Shown here: piece by piece, positions 42,561-56,482 of the stretch
Position numbering within the stretch: position 1 is the first letter of the stretch
Layout of the letters: each line of letters starts with the position of its first letter
Source of the DNA: Octopus vulgaris
Lineage: Eukaryota
NCBI GenBank assembly: GCA_951406725.2
Contig: OX597815.1
Span: 59,272,001-59,336,000, forward strand
Length of the DNA: 64,000 nt
Direction of reading: 5' to 3'
Made by a program: the position numbers and the translations under genes
The notes under the pieces: generated by a model
What the model was told of the DNA's origin: nothing
The model's input: the letters and a program-made list of their open reading frames with translations, nothing else
The model's database searches: none

Positions 42561-43049
42561 CAATTGTATTGCACCAAAGATACCATCCACTCCATCTAAA
42601 TTCAGGACCAGGTATTTTCAAAATATCTGTAGACTAGCCCCTCTTGTCTTCATGCAGGCCCCTATGACTTTCATAATCCAAACTTGAATACTCATCTATA
42701 TAAGTATAATTAACTGGGAAACCTTAACACTTACACACAAATAGCCACCATGCAAACCCACTCGCCCCCAACATTCCCTAATAATACACTTTGCACATAC
42801 ATATGGCCCCTTCTAGATTCAAGAACTTCCTAAACTCTAGCAATAAAATAATTATTAGCCATAATACATTTTTAAACCACCCCATCTAGTCAGATAAAAA
42901 TTTGGTAGGAGTTAGCTCCCTTTTCACCCTGTTAGAGTTACCCCTCTTCACCTACACTGCCGGTGATAACCAATTGCAGACTATAAACAAATTGAATACA
43001 CACGTGTTAAAAAGATGTGCTTAATTAAACTAGGATATATATATATACA

Positions 43050-43212
43050 GGCGCAGTAGTGGCTGTGTGGTAAGTAGCTTGCTTACCAACCACATGGATC
43101 CGGGTTCAGTTCCACTGCGTGGCACCTTGGGCAAGTGTCTCCTACTATAGCCTCAGGCGACCAAAGCCTTGCGAGTGGATTTGGCAGATAGAAAATGAAA
43201 GAAACTTGTCGC
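43050..43212 (+). mobile_element. tRNA-SINE 5' half
   Basis: ggcgcagtagtggctgtgtggtaagtagc..gggttcagttcc; ends in a (TA)n into which an RTE fragment follows. Confidence 0.9.
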
Positions 43213-43261
<49 letters not shown>

Positions 43262-43265
<4 letters not shown>

Positions 43266-44312
43266 TGCAGCAATGTCAAAGGAAGGCTAACTAGGAAAAT
43301 AGTTTTTGTATGTGGCAGATGCTCAGGAGCAATAAACACTGAAAATGCGCAGAGACCAACTCCCACCACATTCCAGGGAGAAAAACTAGAAATAGTTGAT
43401 AGCTTCCGTTTCCTTGGTGACCAAATCAGTAGCGGGGGTGGGTGTGCTGAAAGTGTAACTGCTAGAGTAAGAATAGCCTGGGCAAAGTTCAGAGAGCGTA
43501 CAAACAGCCATACTACATGGTAGTGAAACATGGGCCGTGACTGCTGAGGATATGCGTAAGCTCGCAAGAAATGAAGCCAGTATGCTCCAATGGATGTGTA
43601 ACGTCAGTGTTCATACTCGACAGAGTGTAAGTACCTTGAGAGAAAAGTTGGACCTAAGAAGCATCAGTTGTGGCGTGCAAGAGAGACGTTTGCGCTGTTA
43701 TGGTCATGTAACGAGAATGGATGAAGATAGTTGTGTGAAAAAGTGCCACACCCTAGCAGTTGAGGGAACCTGTGGAAGAGGTAGACCCAGGAAAACCTGG
43801 GACGAGGTGGTGAAGCATGACCTTCGAAATTTAGGTCTCACCAAGGAAATGACTAGAGTCCGAGACCTATGGAAGTATGCTGTGCGTGAGAAGACCTGGC
43901 AGGACAAGTGAGACCATAACCCATGGCCTCTACCTGGGATGTAGCCAGTCCACTTATGCATACCTTTCCTTCTTGGGACACAAAACTCTACTTGTAAAGA
44001 CCTGTTGAGGCAAGTGAGAATCAGAATCAAAATCGAAATCAATCAACATCAATGGAAATTGTCGCTGTGATACCAGTGCTGGTGGCACGTAAGCGAACCA
44101 TCCGAATGTGGCCGTTGCCAGCATCGCTTGGCCCCCGTGCCAGTAGCACGTAAAAAGCACCATCCGATCGTGGCCGTTGCCAGCCTCGCCTGGCCCCTGT
44201 GCCGGTGGCATGTAAAAAGCACCATCCGATTGTGGCCGTTGCCAGCCTGGCCTGGCCCCTGTGCCGGTGGCATGTAAAAAGCACCATCCGATCATGGCCG
44301 TTGCCAGCCTCG
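43262..44312 (+). mobile_element. RTE-PHD LINE 3' fragment (internal deletion near 43497) with four UTR units
   Basis: [20 protein letters not shown]..; stop at 43909-43911; about 61-bp units 44070-44312. Confidence 0.92.
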
Positions 44313-45445
44313 CTTTCCCAGTTGGTAATATTGATGTTGCAGGCATTCATGTCCCTTTTGCAAACATCCTTGTATCGTAAGAACAGTCTTCCCACAGTGC
44401 CCCTAGCAAGCTCTCTGAGGAGTATGTCCTTGGGGATTCTGCCATCTTCCATACGGCTAACATGTCCAAGCCATCTCATACGTCTTTGTGTGAGAAGTGC
44501 AAACATGTTTGGTATTTCTGCTTGCTTGAGGACATCTTTGTTGGAGACATGATTCTGCCATTTGATGTGTAGGATTTTCCGGAGGCAGTGCGGGTGAAAG
44601 ATATTTAGGCAACGCTCTTGCCGTGTGTATGGCGTCCAATTTTCACTTCCATACAGTGCCTGTTTGGAGAGTTGGGCCATCACAGCAGCTACTTTGCCAA
44701 TGCGTATATTGAGCTCAGCATCAAGGGATAGGTTGTAGGTGACGGTAGAGCCAACATAGGTAAACTTCTCCACCTTCTGTAGTCTGTGGTCTCCAATTAG
44801 TGTGTTTGGGATGTCCGATGTAGCCCGACCCAAATTATGTTGGTCTTCTTGAGGCTGATAACTAAGCCAAAGTTGCTACATGCTTGCTCAAAACAGTTGA
44901 TGAGCCGTTGTATGGCTTCTTGTGTGTGTGATACCAGAGCGGCATCATCAGCAAATAGCATCTCCTTGATTAAGACGCTTCTGTTTTTGGTCTTGGCATG
45001 CAGACGCGAGAGATTGAACAGTTTCCCATCATTTCTACTGTGCAGAAACACTCCATCATTTGATATCTCAAAGGCATGTGACAGCAGCAGCGAGAAGATG
45101 CCAAATAATGTAGGAGCAAGGACACAACCTTGCTTTACCCCATTTTTTATTTGGAAGGCGGCTGATGTTGAACCATTGTGCTGTATGGTGCCTTGCATAT
45201 CATCATGGAAAGATTTGATGATCCTCAGCAGCTTTAGTGGACATCCCATTTTTTGGAGCAGGATGAAGAGACCTTTTCTACTTACCAAGTCAAAAGCCTT
45301 TGTCAGATCAATGAAGGCCATATATAATGGCATTTTTCTGCTCTCTGGATTTCTCCTGGAGTTGGCGTATGGAGAATATCATGTCAGTAGTTGATCTGCT
45401 TCTTCTAAAACCACACTGCGATTCTGGATAAATTTGAGAACCAAT
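44313..45445 (-). mobile_element. RTE (BovB-like) LINE internal fragment
   Basis: FIDLTKAFDLVSR, GVKQGCVLAPTLF, LFADD, FTYVGS, RWLGHVSRMEDGRIPK. Confidence 0.9.
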
Positions 45446-45829
45446 ATGTACAATTACTCAATAGTCAAGATAAAACTTGCCAAAGTGGAAATCCAAAACA
45501 CTATCTCTTCGGTTATCTGGCCATCTGAAAATACGCTATGAAAAAATACCGTTATATAAAGGGAAATTACTGTGTTATAATTCTGCTACTGATATAAAAT
45601 AAGATTAAAATTTCATAGTAAAACACGGCTAGTCATACGCTCACATGTGCGCTCGCGGACCCACGTGCGTACTTATACGTCACTATGAAAACGTACACAT
45701 CTTCACTTGCATTTTCTCTTTCTTTCTTTTGTTATCTTACCGTTTTTACCAATATATATATATATATTTATAACCGAAATTTATATATATTTATATATAT
45801 ATACATACATACATCCATATATATACATG

Positions 45830-45871
<42 letters not shown>

Positions 45872-46011
45872 CATCCATATATATACATGTATATATATAT
45901 ATTTATATATATATACATACATACATCCATATATATACATGTATATACATATATATACATCCATATACATACAATAGAGAGATGTTTTTGTTTCACTTTT
46001 AACACATAATA

Positions 46012-46415
46012 GGCGGTGGAGTGGCTCTGTGGTAAGTAGCTTGCTTACGAACCACATGGTTCTGAGTTCAGTCCCAATGCGTGGCACCTTGGGTAAGTGT
46101 CTTCTACTATAGGCTCAGGCTGACCAAAGCCTTGTGAGTGGATTTGGTAGATGGAAACTGAAAGAAGCCCGTCGTTTATGTATGTATATGTATATACCTG
46201 TGTGCGTGTTTGTCTGTGTTTTTGTCCCCCCAACATCGCTTGACAACCGATGGTGGTGTTTACGTCCCCATAACTTAGCGATTCGGCAAAAAAGAGACCG
46301 ATAAAATAAGTACTAGGCTTACAAAGAATAAGTCTTGGGCTTGATTTGATTGACTAAAAGCGTTGCTCCAGCATGGCCACAGTCACATGACTGATACAAG
46401 TAGAAGAGTAAAGAG
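46012..46415 (+). mobile_element. tRNA-derived SINE, near full length
   Basis: Same family as 6343-6735; tail cagcatggccacagtcacatgactgatacaagtag. Confidence 0.9.
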
Positions 46416-46608
46416 ATAATACTGAAATAGTGGAGAAGATATGATATTGCTGTGGGCTCGCTCTAGGCAAAAAGTTAGAAATTTTTTTGCCCATGACACT
46501 ACATGGACCCTAAGTAAGGCATGTGTAAAATTTGAATGAAATTGGTCGTGTAGTTCTCAAGTTTTAGGGAGACAGACAGACACACATTCTCAGTTTTATA
46601 TATATAGA
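46416..46608 (-). mobile_element. 5' part of a non-autonomous Helitron-like element
   Basis: Minus strand TCTATATATATAAAACTGAGAATGTGTGTCTGTCTG..ccaatttcattcaaatttt, same architecture as 27096-27476 and 53720. Confidence 0.6.
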
Positions 46609-46626
46609 TATATATATATATATTTG

Positions 46627-46665
<39 letters not shown>

Positions 46666-46736
46666 TTGTGTATATATATATATATATATATGCATATACG
46701 TATATATATATATGTATATATATATGTATATATGTA

Positions 46737-46785
<49 letters not shown>

Positions 46786-46838
46786 GTGTGTATATATATA
46801 TATATATATGTATGTATATATGTGTGTATATATGTGTA

Positions 46839-46877
<39 letters not shown>

Positions 46878-47165
46878 GTACATATATATATATATAATTT
46901 ACAAGATAAGGGCAGAAGAAAAATTCTAATGCCAAATGTGCCCCGAAACAAAAAAATTGTTGATAACCATTATAATTTATAATGTAAATCTTGTAAATTA
47001 TGTATAAATTATGTATAAATTTTACCTTTAAAGGCATTTTTTGATATGCTGGCCATTGATAAAATCTTTTTTTTCCGAAAAAAATTTTATCCTATATTAA
47101 TTGTATATATATATATATGTATATGTATATATATAGATATATATGTATATATATATATATGTATA

Positions 47166-47547
47166 TCTCTATATTATAATTCTGAAATGCATAAAGTTTA
47201 TTTGTCTGGTTTTGGCATTGAGAACGGGTTAAAGGCCACTAGATCCCGTCGGATTGACTCCAAAATTTACAGGGACATGTAAAATAAGGTGAGGATGCGA
47301 GTGGGCTAGGTTAGAAATCCCTATCTTAAAAGGTGTCGTTGCTAGGGCCAAAAACGCACTTTGACAAGTCTACTCTCATTCTTTTATGTATCTGTCTTCC
47401 TCCATCCCTCACTCTCTTTCTTCCCTTCCTTTCACTTTCTATCTATAACGTCGTTTCACAGCATCTACCTCCCTTCCCTTCATTTTCTCTTTATAACATC
47501 GTTTTACAGCGTCCTATATCTCCCTTCTCCCTGTCTTCGACAGCGCT

Positions 47548-47583
<36 letters not shown>

Positions 47584-48039
47584 GTCTGTCTATATTCCTA
47601 GAGAGAATTATCATCGCCACCACCACCACACAATCTTGGGAACAAATATTATGAATCAGAGATTTATTGGGTTAATTTATATATGTGTGTGTGTGTGTGT
47701 GTGTTCTATATATAAATATGTATATATAATGTATATATACAAAGTCTATATGTCTATATTTATGTATATTAAACTGTTTAATGCTCTTTGATAGTTATAT
47801 ATATATTTTTTTGAATTGTAAATATAAATTAATAATTTTAATTTTAAATTTAAATAATTTAAATTTTTATATTTTATATATTTTGTATATTATATTTTAA
47901 TTTTTATGTTTTGGTTTATGTTTTTCACTGTTTGATTTGCCTAAAGGTGGTTTTATCTCTAATTTAATTTATATATATGATTTGTATACATTTGTATATA
48001 TAATGCGTACACACACACACACACACATATATATAATGC

Positions 48040-48082
<43 letters not shown>

Positions 48083-48955
48083 ACGTGTGCATTATGTGGT
48101 CGGTTGTGCTGAAAATATGCACACCTATGTTAAAAGTGCTGACGAGTTTGCATGGCAACTATTTTTTTCCTCAAATGAAAGGCGTGACCTCTAGGACAAA
48201 ATTCCTCACCTTATAAAAGTAGACCCGAATGAAATTGGGTTATATCAACCCAAATGTGAAAAGGGATCTAAATGGGGCTGGAAGGGGATTAAAATTTACA
48301 GGAGCGGGTGTTTTGGAATTCTCTGTTACATGAAGCTAAAAACATTGCGCCAGCCTTTAAATCGTCAATGTGTTGCCATCCATGATGAAGAAGTTTTGAG
48401 TGCTTGCCATGGTGAGTCTACTGTCGTGAGAAAGAATCACTTCAAAGCTGAGTGTTTAGGAATTTTCTTTTACATCAAGTTCAAAATTTTATGCCAGCCG
48501 TTAAACTGCCACTATGTTGCTGTCCGTCGTTAAGAAATGCCAGCCATGGTGACTATACTATCCTCAGATTCTATCCCTTCAAACTTTTGTTTCCAATATT
48601 TAAACGATTTTTATTCAGCTCGCAAGTTCGTCTGTCCCTTTTAAATGTTAGTGTTTTGCTGTCTGCTTTGAAGCAGACCTTTTCGTTGTTACTGCCTGAT
48701 ATTTATGATTGATCTTTCAAAATATTTCTTTCTCAACTTACTCAAGATCTTTTGTTGTTTATAAATGGGAGATAGATAGAGAAAGATAGAGAGTAAGAGA
48801 AAGCGAGGGAGAGTCCGAGAGAAAGGAAGAGTAAGAGAGTGGGCGAGTGAGAGAGAAACAAAGAGGGAGAATGTGGTGATAAAAAACAGAAACGATGCAA
48901 CAGAAAGTAACAACTACACTCTTACCTGCGCGTAGAGCGGGCCACCTTAAGCTAG
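47166..48955 (+). mobile_element. Composite non-autonomous Helitron-like element
   Basis: 5' TCTCTATATTATAA; 3' hairpin cctgcgcgtagagcggg then CTAG|T; internal CT/GA/TA tracts and duplicated block (48325-48420 vs 48470-48560). Confidence 0.6.
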
Positions 48956-48969
48956 TATGTATATATACA

Positions 48970-49032
<63 letters not shown>

Positions 49033-49033
<1 letters not shown>

Positions 49034-49280
49034 CCTTCTAGGAGAAGGTAACTCAGGTAACTGGGATAACTCTATAAAACCTACAGCTCAATGGTTACCG
49101 ATGATGTTGACTTGTTCTTCTTTTCAGATTATGGCTGCTGTTGCTTAGTGAGTGGGATTGACTCAGTGCACAGCCTTTCCTCACTTTAAAAAAAATCTTC
49201 TTGCACAGGCATTGCACGATAACAACATTGATTAAGCTTCGTGCAATGGCCATACTCGATAACGAGGGGGCAGCCACCAT
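49033..49280 (+). mobile_element. Short RTE-derived element (unassigned 5' part fused to RTE-ZF 3' end)
   Basis: 49232-49280 matches the 3' end at 21313-21358. Confidence 0.65.
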
Positions 49281-49284
49281 ATGT

Positions 49285-49342
<58 letters not shown>

Positions 49343-49368
49343 TTATGTATATATATGTATATATGTAT

Positions 49369-49473
49369 ATCAAAATAAGCAACACGAATAACTCCGGCAA
49401 TTTGGTACAATTGTTTCGCACTACATCATTTTATTAAATGTTGTACGGAGTCATTCTTGTCGCTTATTTTGAT
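49369..49473. repeat. 28-bp inverted repeat enclosing the 3' half of a hammerhead
   Basis: atcaaaataagcaacacgaataactccg / cggagtcattcttgtcgcttattttgat (3 mismatches); minus strand inside: hairpin-GUGC-GAAA-CAAUUG-UA. Confidence 0.65.
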
Positions 49474-49594
49474 TATAATCACACCACAAATTTTTATGGA
49501 TAACACCGTACAAAATTCTGGTGTATCTAAATTAAGTACCATATTCACTCGAATCTAAATTTTTGCTGTATACGTGTATATATATATATGTGTG

Positions 49595-49627
<33 letters not shown>

Positions 49628-49661
49628 GTGTGTGTGTATATATATATATATGTGTATATAT

Positions 49662-51486
49662 ATCATCATCGTTTAGCGTCCGTTTTCCATGCTAGCATGG
49701 GTTGGACAGTTCTACTGGGGTCTGTGAAGCCAGAAGGCTTCATCAGGCCCAGTCAAATCTGGAAGTGTTTCTACGGCTGGATGCCCTTCCTAACGCCAAC
49801 CACTCCGTGAGTGTAGTGGGTGCTTTTTACGTGCCACCCGCACAGGTGCCAGACAGAGCTGGCAAACAGCCACGAACGGATGGTGCTTTTTATGTGCCAC
49901 CGGCACAAGGGCCAGGCGAGGTTGGCAACGGACACGAAACGGGGCGGTGCTGGCAACGGTCGCGAAATGGAAGGTTCTCTGACATGCCACCGGCACTGGT
50001 AACACATCTGCAATTTCCATTGATCGATTTCCATTCTGATCCTCACTTGCCTCAACGGGTCTTCACAAGTAGAGTTTCGACATGCCACCGGCACTGGTAA
50101 CACATCTGCAATTTCCATTGATCGATTTCGGTTCTGATCCTCACTTGCCTCAACAGGTCTTCACAAGTAGAGTTTTGTGTCCCAAGAAGGGAAGGTATGC
50201 ATACGTAGGCTGGCTCCATCCCAAGTAGAAGGCCACGGGTTATGGACTCACTTGTCCTGCCGGGTCTTCTCGCGCACAGCACACTTCCAGAGGACTCGGT
50301 CTCTAGTCATTTCCTCAGTGAGACCTAAAGTTCGAAGGTCGTGCTTCACCACCTCGTCCCAGGTTTTCCTGGGTCTGCCTCTTCCACAGGTTCCCTCAAC
50401 CGCTAGGGTGTGGTACTTTTTCACACAACTGTCTTCATCCATTCTCGCCACATGACCATACCAGCGCAATCGTCTCTCTTGCACACCACAACTGATGCTT
50501 CTTAGGTCCAGCTTTTCTCTCAAGGTACTTACACTCTGTCGATTATGAACACTGACATTACACATCCATCGGAGCATACTGGCTTCATTTCTTGCGAGCT
50601 TACGCATATCCTCAGCAGTCACGGCCCATGTTTCACTGCCATGTAGCATGGCTGTTCGTACACACGCATCATACAGTCTGCCTTTCACTCTGTGCGAGAG
50701 GCCTTTTGTCACCAGCAGGGGTAAGAGCTCTCTGAACTTTGCCCAAGCTATTCTTACTCTAGCAGATATACTTTCAGCACACCCGCCCCCGCTGCTGACT
50801 TGGTCACCTAGGTAACGGAAACTATCAACTATTTCTAGTTTTTCTCCCTGGAAAGTGACGAAAGTTGGTCTCAGAGCATTTTCAGTGTTTATTGTTCCTG
50901 AGCATCTGCCACATACAAAAACCATCTTCCTAGTTAGCCTTCCTTTGACATTGCTGCACCTCTTATGTGTCCATAGCTTACACTTGGTGCATCTTATAGA
51001 GTTTCTACCTACACCTTTTCTACAGATCAAGCAGGGCCATCTACCTGAAGGCGTTTGTGATTTGTCTACCTTCCTACTGATTACGACTTTGGTTTTAGCT
51101 AGATTGACTCTGAGGCCCTTCGATTCTAATCCTTGTTTCCACACCTGAAACTTCTCCTCCAATTCTGATAGCGACTCAGCAATTAGAGCAAGGTCATCAG
51201 CATAGAGGAGCTCCCAAGGGCATCCTGTCTTGAATTCCTCCGTTATTGCCTGGAGGACTATGATAAATAGGAGGGGGCTGAGTACTGAGCCTTGGTGGAC
51301 CCCTACCTCTACCCGGAATTCTTCACTGTACTCGTTTCCAACCCTCACCCTACTAGCAGCGTCCCTATACATGGCCCGCACAGCTCTCACTAACCATTCA
51401 TCTATCCCTAGTTTCCTCATTGCCCACCAGATAAGGGATCGGGGGACCCTGTCGAAGGCTTTCTCCATGTCAACAAAAGCCAGGTG
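49662..51486 (-). mobile_element. 5'-truncated RTE-PHD LINE with 3'UTR repeats
   Basis: 406-aa open ORF 50248-51468 with YADD and PHD (50902-51033); UTR with about 98-bp duplication; (GAT) tail; (TA)n on both sides. Confidence 0.94.
50248..51468 (-). CDS. RTE reverse transcriptase with inserted PHD finger (truncated copy)
   Basis: [52 protein letters not shown]. Confidence 0.9.
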   Translation of the reverse strand: MEKAFDRVPRSLIWWAMRKLGIDEWLVRAVRAMYRDAASRVRVGNEYSEEFRVEVGVHQGSVLSPLLFIIVLQAITEEFKTGCPWELLYADDLALIAESLSELEEKFQVWKQGLESKGLRVNLAKTKVVISRKVDKSQTPSGRWPCLICRKGVGRNSIRCTKCKLWTHKRCSNVKGRLTRKMVFVCGRCSGTINTENALRPTFVTFQGEKLEIVDSFRYLGDQVSSGGGCAESISARVRIAWAKFRELLPLLVTKGLSHRVKGRLYDACVRTAMLHGSETWAVTAEDMRKLARNEASMLRWMCNVSVHNRQSVSTLREKLDLRSISCGVQERRLRWYGHVARMDEDSCVKKYHTLAVEGTCGRGRPRKTWDEVVKHDLRTLGLTEEMTRDRVLWKCAVREKTRQDK

Positions 51487-51498
51487 TGTATATATATA

Positions 51499-51567
<69 letters not shown>

Positions 51568-51590
51568 ATATATTTATGTGTGTATATATA

Positions 51591-51630
<40 letters not shown>

Positions 51631-51718
51631 TATGTATGTATATATGTACATATATAAGTATGTATATATGTACATATATAAGTATGTATATATGTATATA
51701 TATGTGTGTATATATATA

Positions 51719-51991
51719 TGCCCAGTGGTTAGGGCAGCGGACTCGCAGTTGTAGGATCACGGTTTCGATTCCCAGGCCGGGCGTTGTGAGTGTTTATTGA
51801 GTGAAAACACCTAAAAGCTCCACGAGGCTCTGGCAGGGGATGATGATCCCTGCTGTACTCTTTCACCACTCTTTCTTCTGTTGGCCTGCTCACTTAGCCA
51901 GCGGGGTGGTGTCATTCAAAGGCTAAAACGATGCGAACGCATTGTGACCAGCGATGTGTAACAACATCTGATGGTCTGGTTGGTCTCGTGA
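51719..51991 (+). mobile_element. Second tRNA-derived SINE family
   Basis: cccagtggttagggcagcggac..ggtttcgattccc (A/B boxes) followed by a non-tRNA body; flanked by (TA)n. Confidence 0.75.
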
Positions 51992-52516
51992 TATATATGT
52001 ATATATATATATGTATATATATATGTGTATATATATATATGTGTATATATATGTATGTATATATGTATATATATATGTATGTATATATATATGTATGTAT
52101 ATATATATATGTATGTATGTATATATATATATACGTATGTATATATATATGTATATATATATATATGTGTGTGTATATATATTTGTGTGTATAAATATAT
52201 ATATATATATATATATATAGCTTTAAATGTTTGAGCAAAAAAATATTAATACTTTTTTGTTCAAACGTTTAAATCTCTGCATGGGCCCTGTCACTGTGAT
52301 GGCAATTGGAAGAAGGAAGTATGAAGCTAATCACAAAAAAGTCACATATTTTACAATAAAACAAACTTAGCTGGTTTGTGGTCTCACTGAGTACATTTGT
52401 AACCAAGTAAGCAATATCAAGGAAGTTTTCCCATATGAGTATCTATTGCAGTGTACTCATTTTGTAATATGTAATTAATTTCAATACTATTTAGAGTATA
52501 CACTAACAAATATACA

Positions 52517-52600
<84 letters not shown>

Positions 52601-52610
52601 TCTATCTATA
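52517..52610. repeat. (TCTG)n(TCTA)n tetranucleotide microsatellite
   Basis: Direct inspection. Confidence 0.95.
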
Positions 52611-52719
52611 TGTATGTGTGTGTATACATACATTTGAAAACATATATTTGAAAAAATGAGTAGAGATGGCTCTTTTTGAGGGGATAATTTTTATTTTAAT
52701 CTTAATAATGTTTACAGTG

Positions 52720-53235
52720 AATTACTCTCATATCAGTTTCAAGCTTCAAGTAGCTGTTTTCAAACTGAAAAATGTGTTTTATTGGTTGCTTAAATAGCAA
52801 AAAAAATTTTCTTACAAGTATACATGCAAAAAAATATACATAGGAAAGAGAAAAGAATATAAAAAATATTAAAGAAATAGAATTAAAAAATTAAAAAAAC
52901 TTTTTTAAGCCACATCATCAACACTGCAAAAAGATATCTCCCAACTCTTCAACAAATATCAAGAATGAACAAATTAATAACATTCAAAAATAATTTACAG
53001 CAAATGTCAAGCACCCAACCTAAAAAGGCTCTTAACTCAAGCAAGATTTACAACTAGAGAAACAACAAAGAGAGTTCAGAAATGTGATGACCCTCACTGT
53101 GGAAAATGTGATTACATTGAAGAAGGAGAACAAATTACTTTCAATGACAACTACACCTTTAAAATAAATACAAATATGAATTGTAAATCCCAAAACCTAA
53201 TCTACTGTGTCACATGTTCCAAATGCAAAGAATGC
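52720..53235 (+). mobile_element. Degenerate Penelope C-terminal fragment
   Basis: PNLKRLLTQARF..KCDDPHCGKCDYI..NMNCKSQNLIYCVTCSKCKE, homologous to 37245-38015. Confidence 0.8.
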
Positions 53236-53254
53236 ATGCTCATACATATGTGTG

Positions 53255-53647
53255 TGTAGACCTATTGAGCCAAGTACATCAAAATAAAAATCAAATAGAA
53301 ATTGTAGTTGTGATACCTCTGCCGGTGGCATGTAAAAAGCACCATCTGAACATGGCCAATGCTAGTGCTGCCATAACTGGCGTCCATGCTGGTGACACGT
53401 AAAAATCACCAACCGATCATGGCCGTTGCCAGGCCACCACCACCACCACCACCGGCCCTTCTGCCAGTGGCATGTAAAAAGCACACACTACACTCACGGA
53501 GTGGTTGGCATTAGGAAGGGCATCCAGCTGTAGAAATACTACCATATCAGACTGGAGCCTGGTGCAGCCTCCCGGCTTCCCAGACCCCGGTCAAACCGTC
53601 AAACCCATTCTAGCATGGAAAACGGATGTTTAACTATGATGATGATG
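53255..53647 (+). mobile_element. RTE-PHD 3'UTR-only copy
   Basis: Three gcc(g/a)gtggcaYgtaaaaagcac-type units plus ggagtggttggcattaggaagggcatccag tail and (GAT)n. Confidence 0.88.
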
Positions 53648-53719
53648 TTTGTATGCATATATATATATGTGTGTGTGTGTGTGTATATGCATATGTAAGT
53701 TCATGTAGGCATGTGTATA

Positions 53720-54018
53720 TCTTTATATATAAAAATGAAGTTGTGCGTATGTGTGTGTCTGTCTATTCCGATTTAGATTCCTAACTACTCCCACATTTTG
53801 CGGTGCAGTTTAACCAAAAGCGGGTATCTTATAGTTGTGATTCATATCGATCCCTTCTGGGTATTAGCGCGTGTCTACGATGAGTCTATGATTTAAAAAA
53901 AAATTTACCATCATTTTTCTGCATTTTTTGCTCAGGTATATAAGGGAAGTAACTCTCTAAAAATGTTTATATAGTTATTTCCCTTACAAACCCGAGCAAC
54001 GCCGGGCAATACTGCTAG
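53720..54018 (+). mobile_element. Non-autonomous Helitron-like element
   Basis: A|TCTTTATATATAAA ... cccgagcaacgccggg caatactg CTAG|T. Confidence 0.85.
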
Positions 54019-54073
<55 letters not shown>

Positions 54074-54879
54074 ATGTATATATATATTTTTGCATGTATA
54101 CGTATGCATATACAAGTGCATGTATGAAGGTTTGGCTGTTTAAATGTGATGCAGATATATGTGTATGTCTATGTATATGTCTGTGTATATATGTGCATAT
54201 ATGTATGTTTGTGTATATATGTGTGTGTTTATATGTACGTATGTATCTATGTGTATAAGGGAATTCTAATATTTGGAATATGGATACTTGCTATCTTTTA
54301 TCCTTTCAACTTTTCTTTAACTTTAGCTGCTTCATCATTCAATGAAGAATATTGTTTTTACCACAGGATAGCTCTGATTGTAATGGATCTGTGAGAAAAG
54401 GCATTCCAGCCATGACCATTTTGTCTCATTCTTTTCTAGAAGTAATGAATTCCTAAGCAAACATTATAAAATAATATAAACTTGCATTATTTTTTTTTCT
54501 TGAAGACGGAAATTTCATTTTTCTTTTTGTCAGGAAGATTTGGTTTCTCTTTCTAGCAACTCGAGCAACCAGGTAACGGCTCTCTCATTGCCTCGTCTCG
54601 TTCCCTTCGTCACTTGTTTAGTCCCAAGTTGGATCTGATTGAACAGATATGATCAAGGACACCCCAACTGCAACCTTTCTGTCTTTCTTCTCAGACATAA
54701 TGTACTCTATGTGTATATCAGAGGTTTTTCTATTTTCTATATAAAAAACGTTTGGCTACTTTTTCTAGCAGGTCATGCAGCCACAACCTATGTTGCTATA
54801 AAAACATCTCTGGTTATTAAAGAACGGTTTTGTTAGGGGAGTGGACCCAGAAGTTGTTGTTTGCAAACAGCAGCAGTAA

Positions 54880-55872
54880 TTTTCTTCAGCTGAATACATA
54901 TCATTGATTGGTTAAAATTACCCAGATATGACAACTTTAACACGAATAGCTTCTAGAATACAAAATTTTGTCAAAAACGTTAAGAGTAAACACTATTCTA
55001 TGTGACACATTCTACCAGTATCCGAAGTTTCAAAGTATTTAGTTTAAAAAAACTAATTAAAAAATCAGATTGAAAACATCTCGCACAACTGTTTTTGGAT
55101 TCCTCTAAAAAATTGGAAAAGTCAAGACAACTGATAGGTTTGTTCCACATCAACTGAATGAGATTCAAAAAAATAGACACCTCAAAGTGTGCACTTTCTC
55201 GACTGGAAAAATACCATTTTTGCATCAAATCATTACTTATGATGAGAAATAATACTCGTTGACAACAGTAGAACAGGACAGTGATTAGATGCAGGAGGGG
55301 CATCAAAACATTACCCAAACTTACCATTGCACCCTAAAAGGTTAGTGGTCACTGTATGGTGGTCTGTGAAGGGAGTTATTCATTATTCATTTTTGCAACA
55401 AGGATAAATGGTAACAGCAACGTCATATTGCCAGGAAATTGACTGTATGCATGAGAATTTAAGAAAGAAGCAACCCAGACTGGTGAATAGAGATGGCCCA
55501 ATTTTGCTCCACAACAATGCACATCCTCACATTCCTGAAGGTACTGTCCAAAGCCTGAATTATGAGATTTTGCAACACCCTCCCTATTCCCCTGATATCT
55601 CTCCAACTGATCATCACTTATTTAAGCATTTTGAACTTTTCATAAGCAATAAAACATTCTTAAATTGAGAAGAGGTAATTGAAACATTCAGACAGTTTAT
55701 CACAGCAAAAGATGAATTTTTTTTTAAAGATGGAATATATGACATAGAGAAATGTAAATGTCATAAATGAACATGAATTATACTTTGATTAAATAAATCA
55801 GCTCTCTAACACTTCTGAAATATTTTATTGTTACCTTTCAAATATGACATTTCATGTGAAACATCCTGATAT
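54880..55872 (+). mobile_element. Degenerate mariner transposon
   Basis: ILLHNNAHPH, HPPYSPDISPTDHHLFKH; KRLVVTVWWS-like block; TIR-like right end atttcatgtgaaacatcctgaTA; left boundary uncertain. Confidence 0.8.
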
Positions 55873-55892
55873 ATACACACACATATTCTTTT

Positions 55893-56285
55893 TTTCTTTT
55901 ACTTGTTTCAGTCATTTGATTGCGGCATTGCTGAAGCACCGCCTTTAGTCAAACAAATTGACCCCAGGACTTATTCTTTGTAAGTCTAGTACTTAATCTA
56001 TCAGTCTCTTTTGCCAAACCACTAAGTTACGGAGATGTAGACACACCAACATTGGTTGTCAAGTGATGGTGGAGGGACAGTCACAGACACACAAATACAT
56101 ACATACAAATGTGTATATATATACACGTTAGGAAGGGCATGGCGTTAGGAAGGGCATCCAGCTGTAGAAACATTGCCAGATAAGACCGGAGCCTGGTGCA
56201 GTCTTCTGGCTTCCCAGATCCCCGGTCGAACCGTCCAACCCATGCTAGCATGGAGAACGGACGTTAAACGATGATGATGATGATG

Positions 56286-56322
<37 letters not shown>

Positions 56323-56482
56323 ACGAGCTTCCTTCAGTTTCCATCTACCAAATCCACTCACAAGGCTTTGGTCAGCATGAGGCTATAGTAGAAGACATTT
56401 GCCCAAGGTGCCATGCAGTGGGATTGAACCTGGAACCATGTGGTTGGGAAGCAAGCTTCTTACCACACAGCCATTCCTGTCC
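55893..56482 (-). mobile_element. tRNA-SINE split by an RTE 3' tail inserted in its central microsatellite
   Basis: SINE 3' half 55893-56100, RTE tail (+) 56125-56286, SINE 5' half 56324-56482. Confidence 0.85.

Noticed and set aside
51719-51790. tRNA gene
   Set aside because: A/B boxes present but no acceptor stem or terminator; continues into a SINE body. The same applies to the heads at 6343, 43050 and 46012
54534-54572. 39-nt candidate exon with good AG/GT sites
   Set aside because: Lies in a repeat with a second diverged copy at about 54760-54790; no ASK similarity; cannot be supported without RNA data
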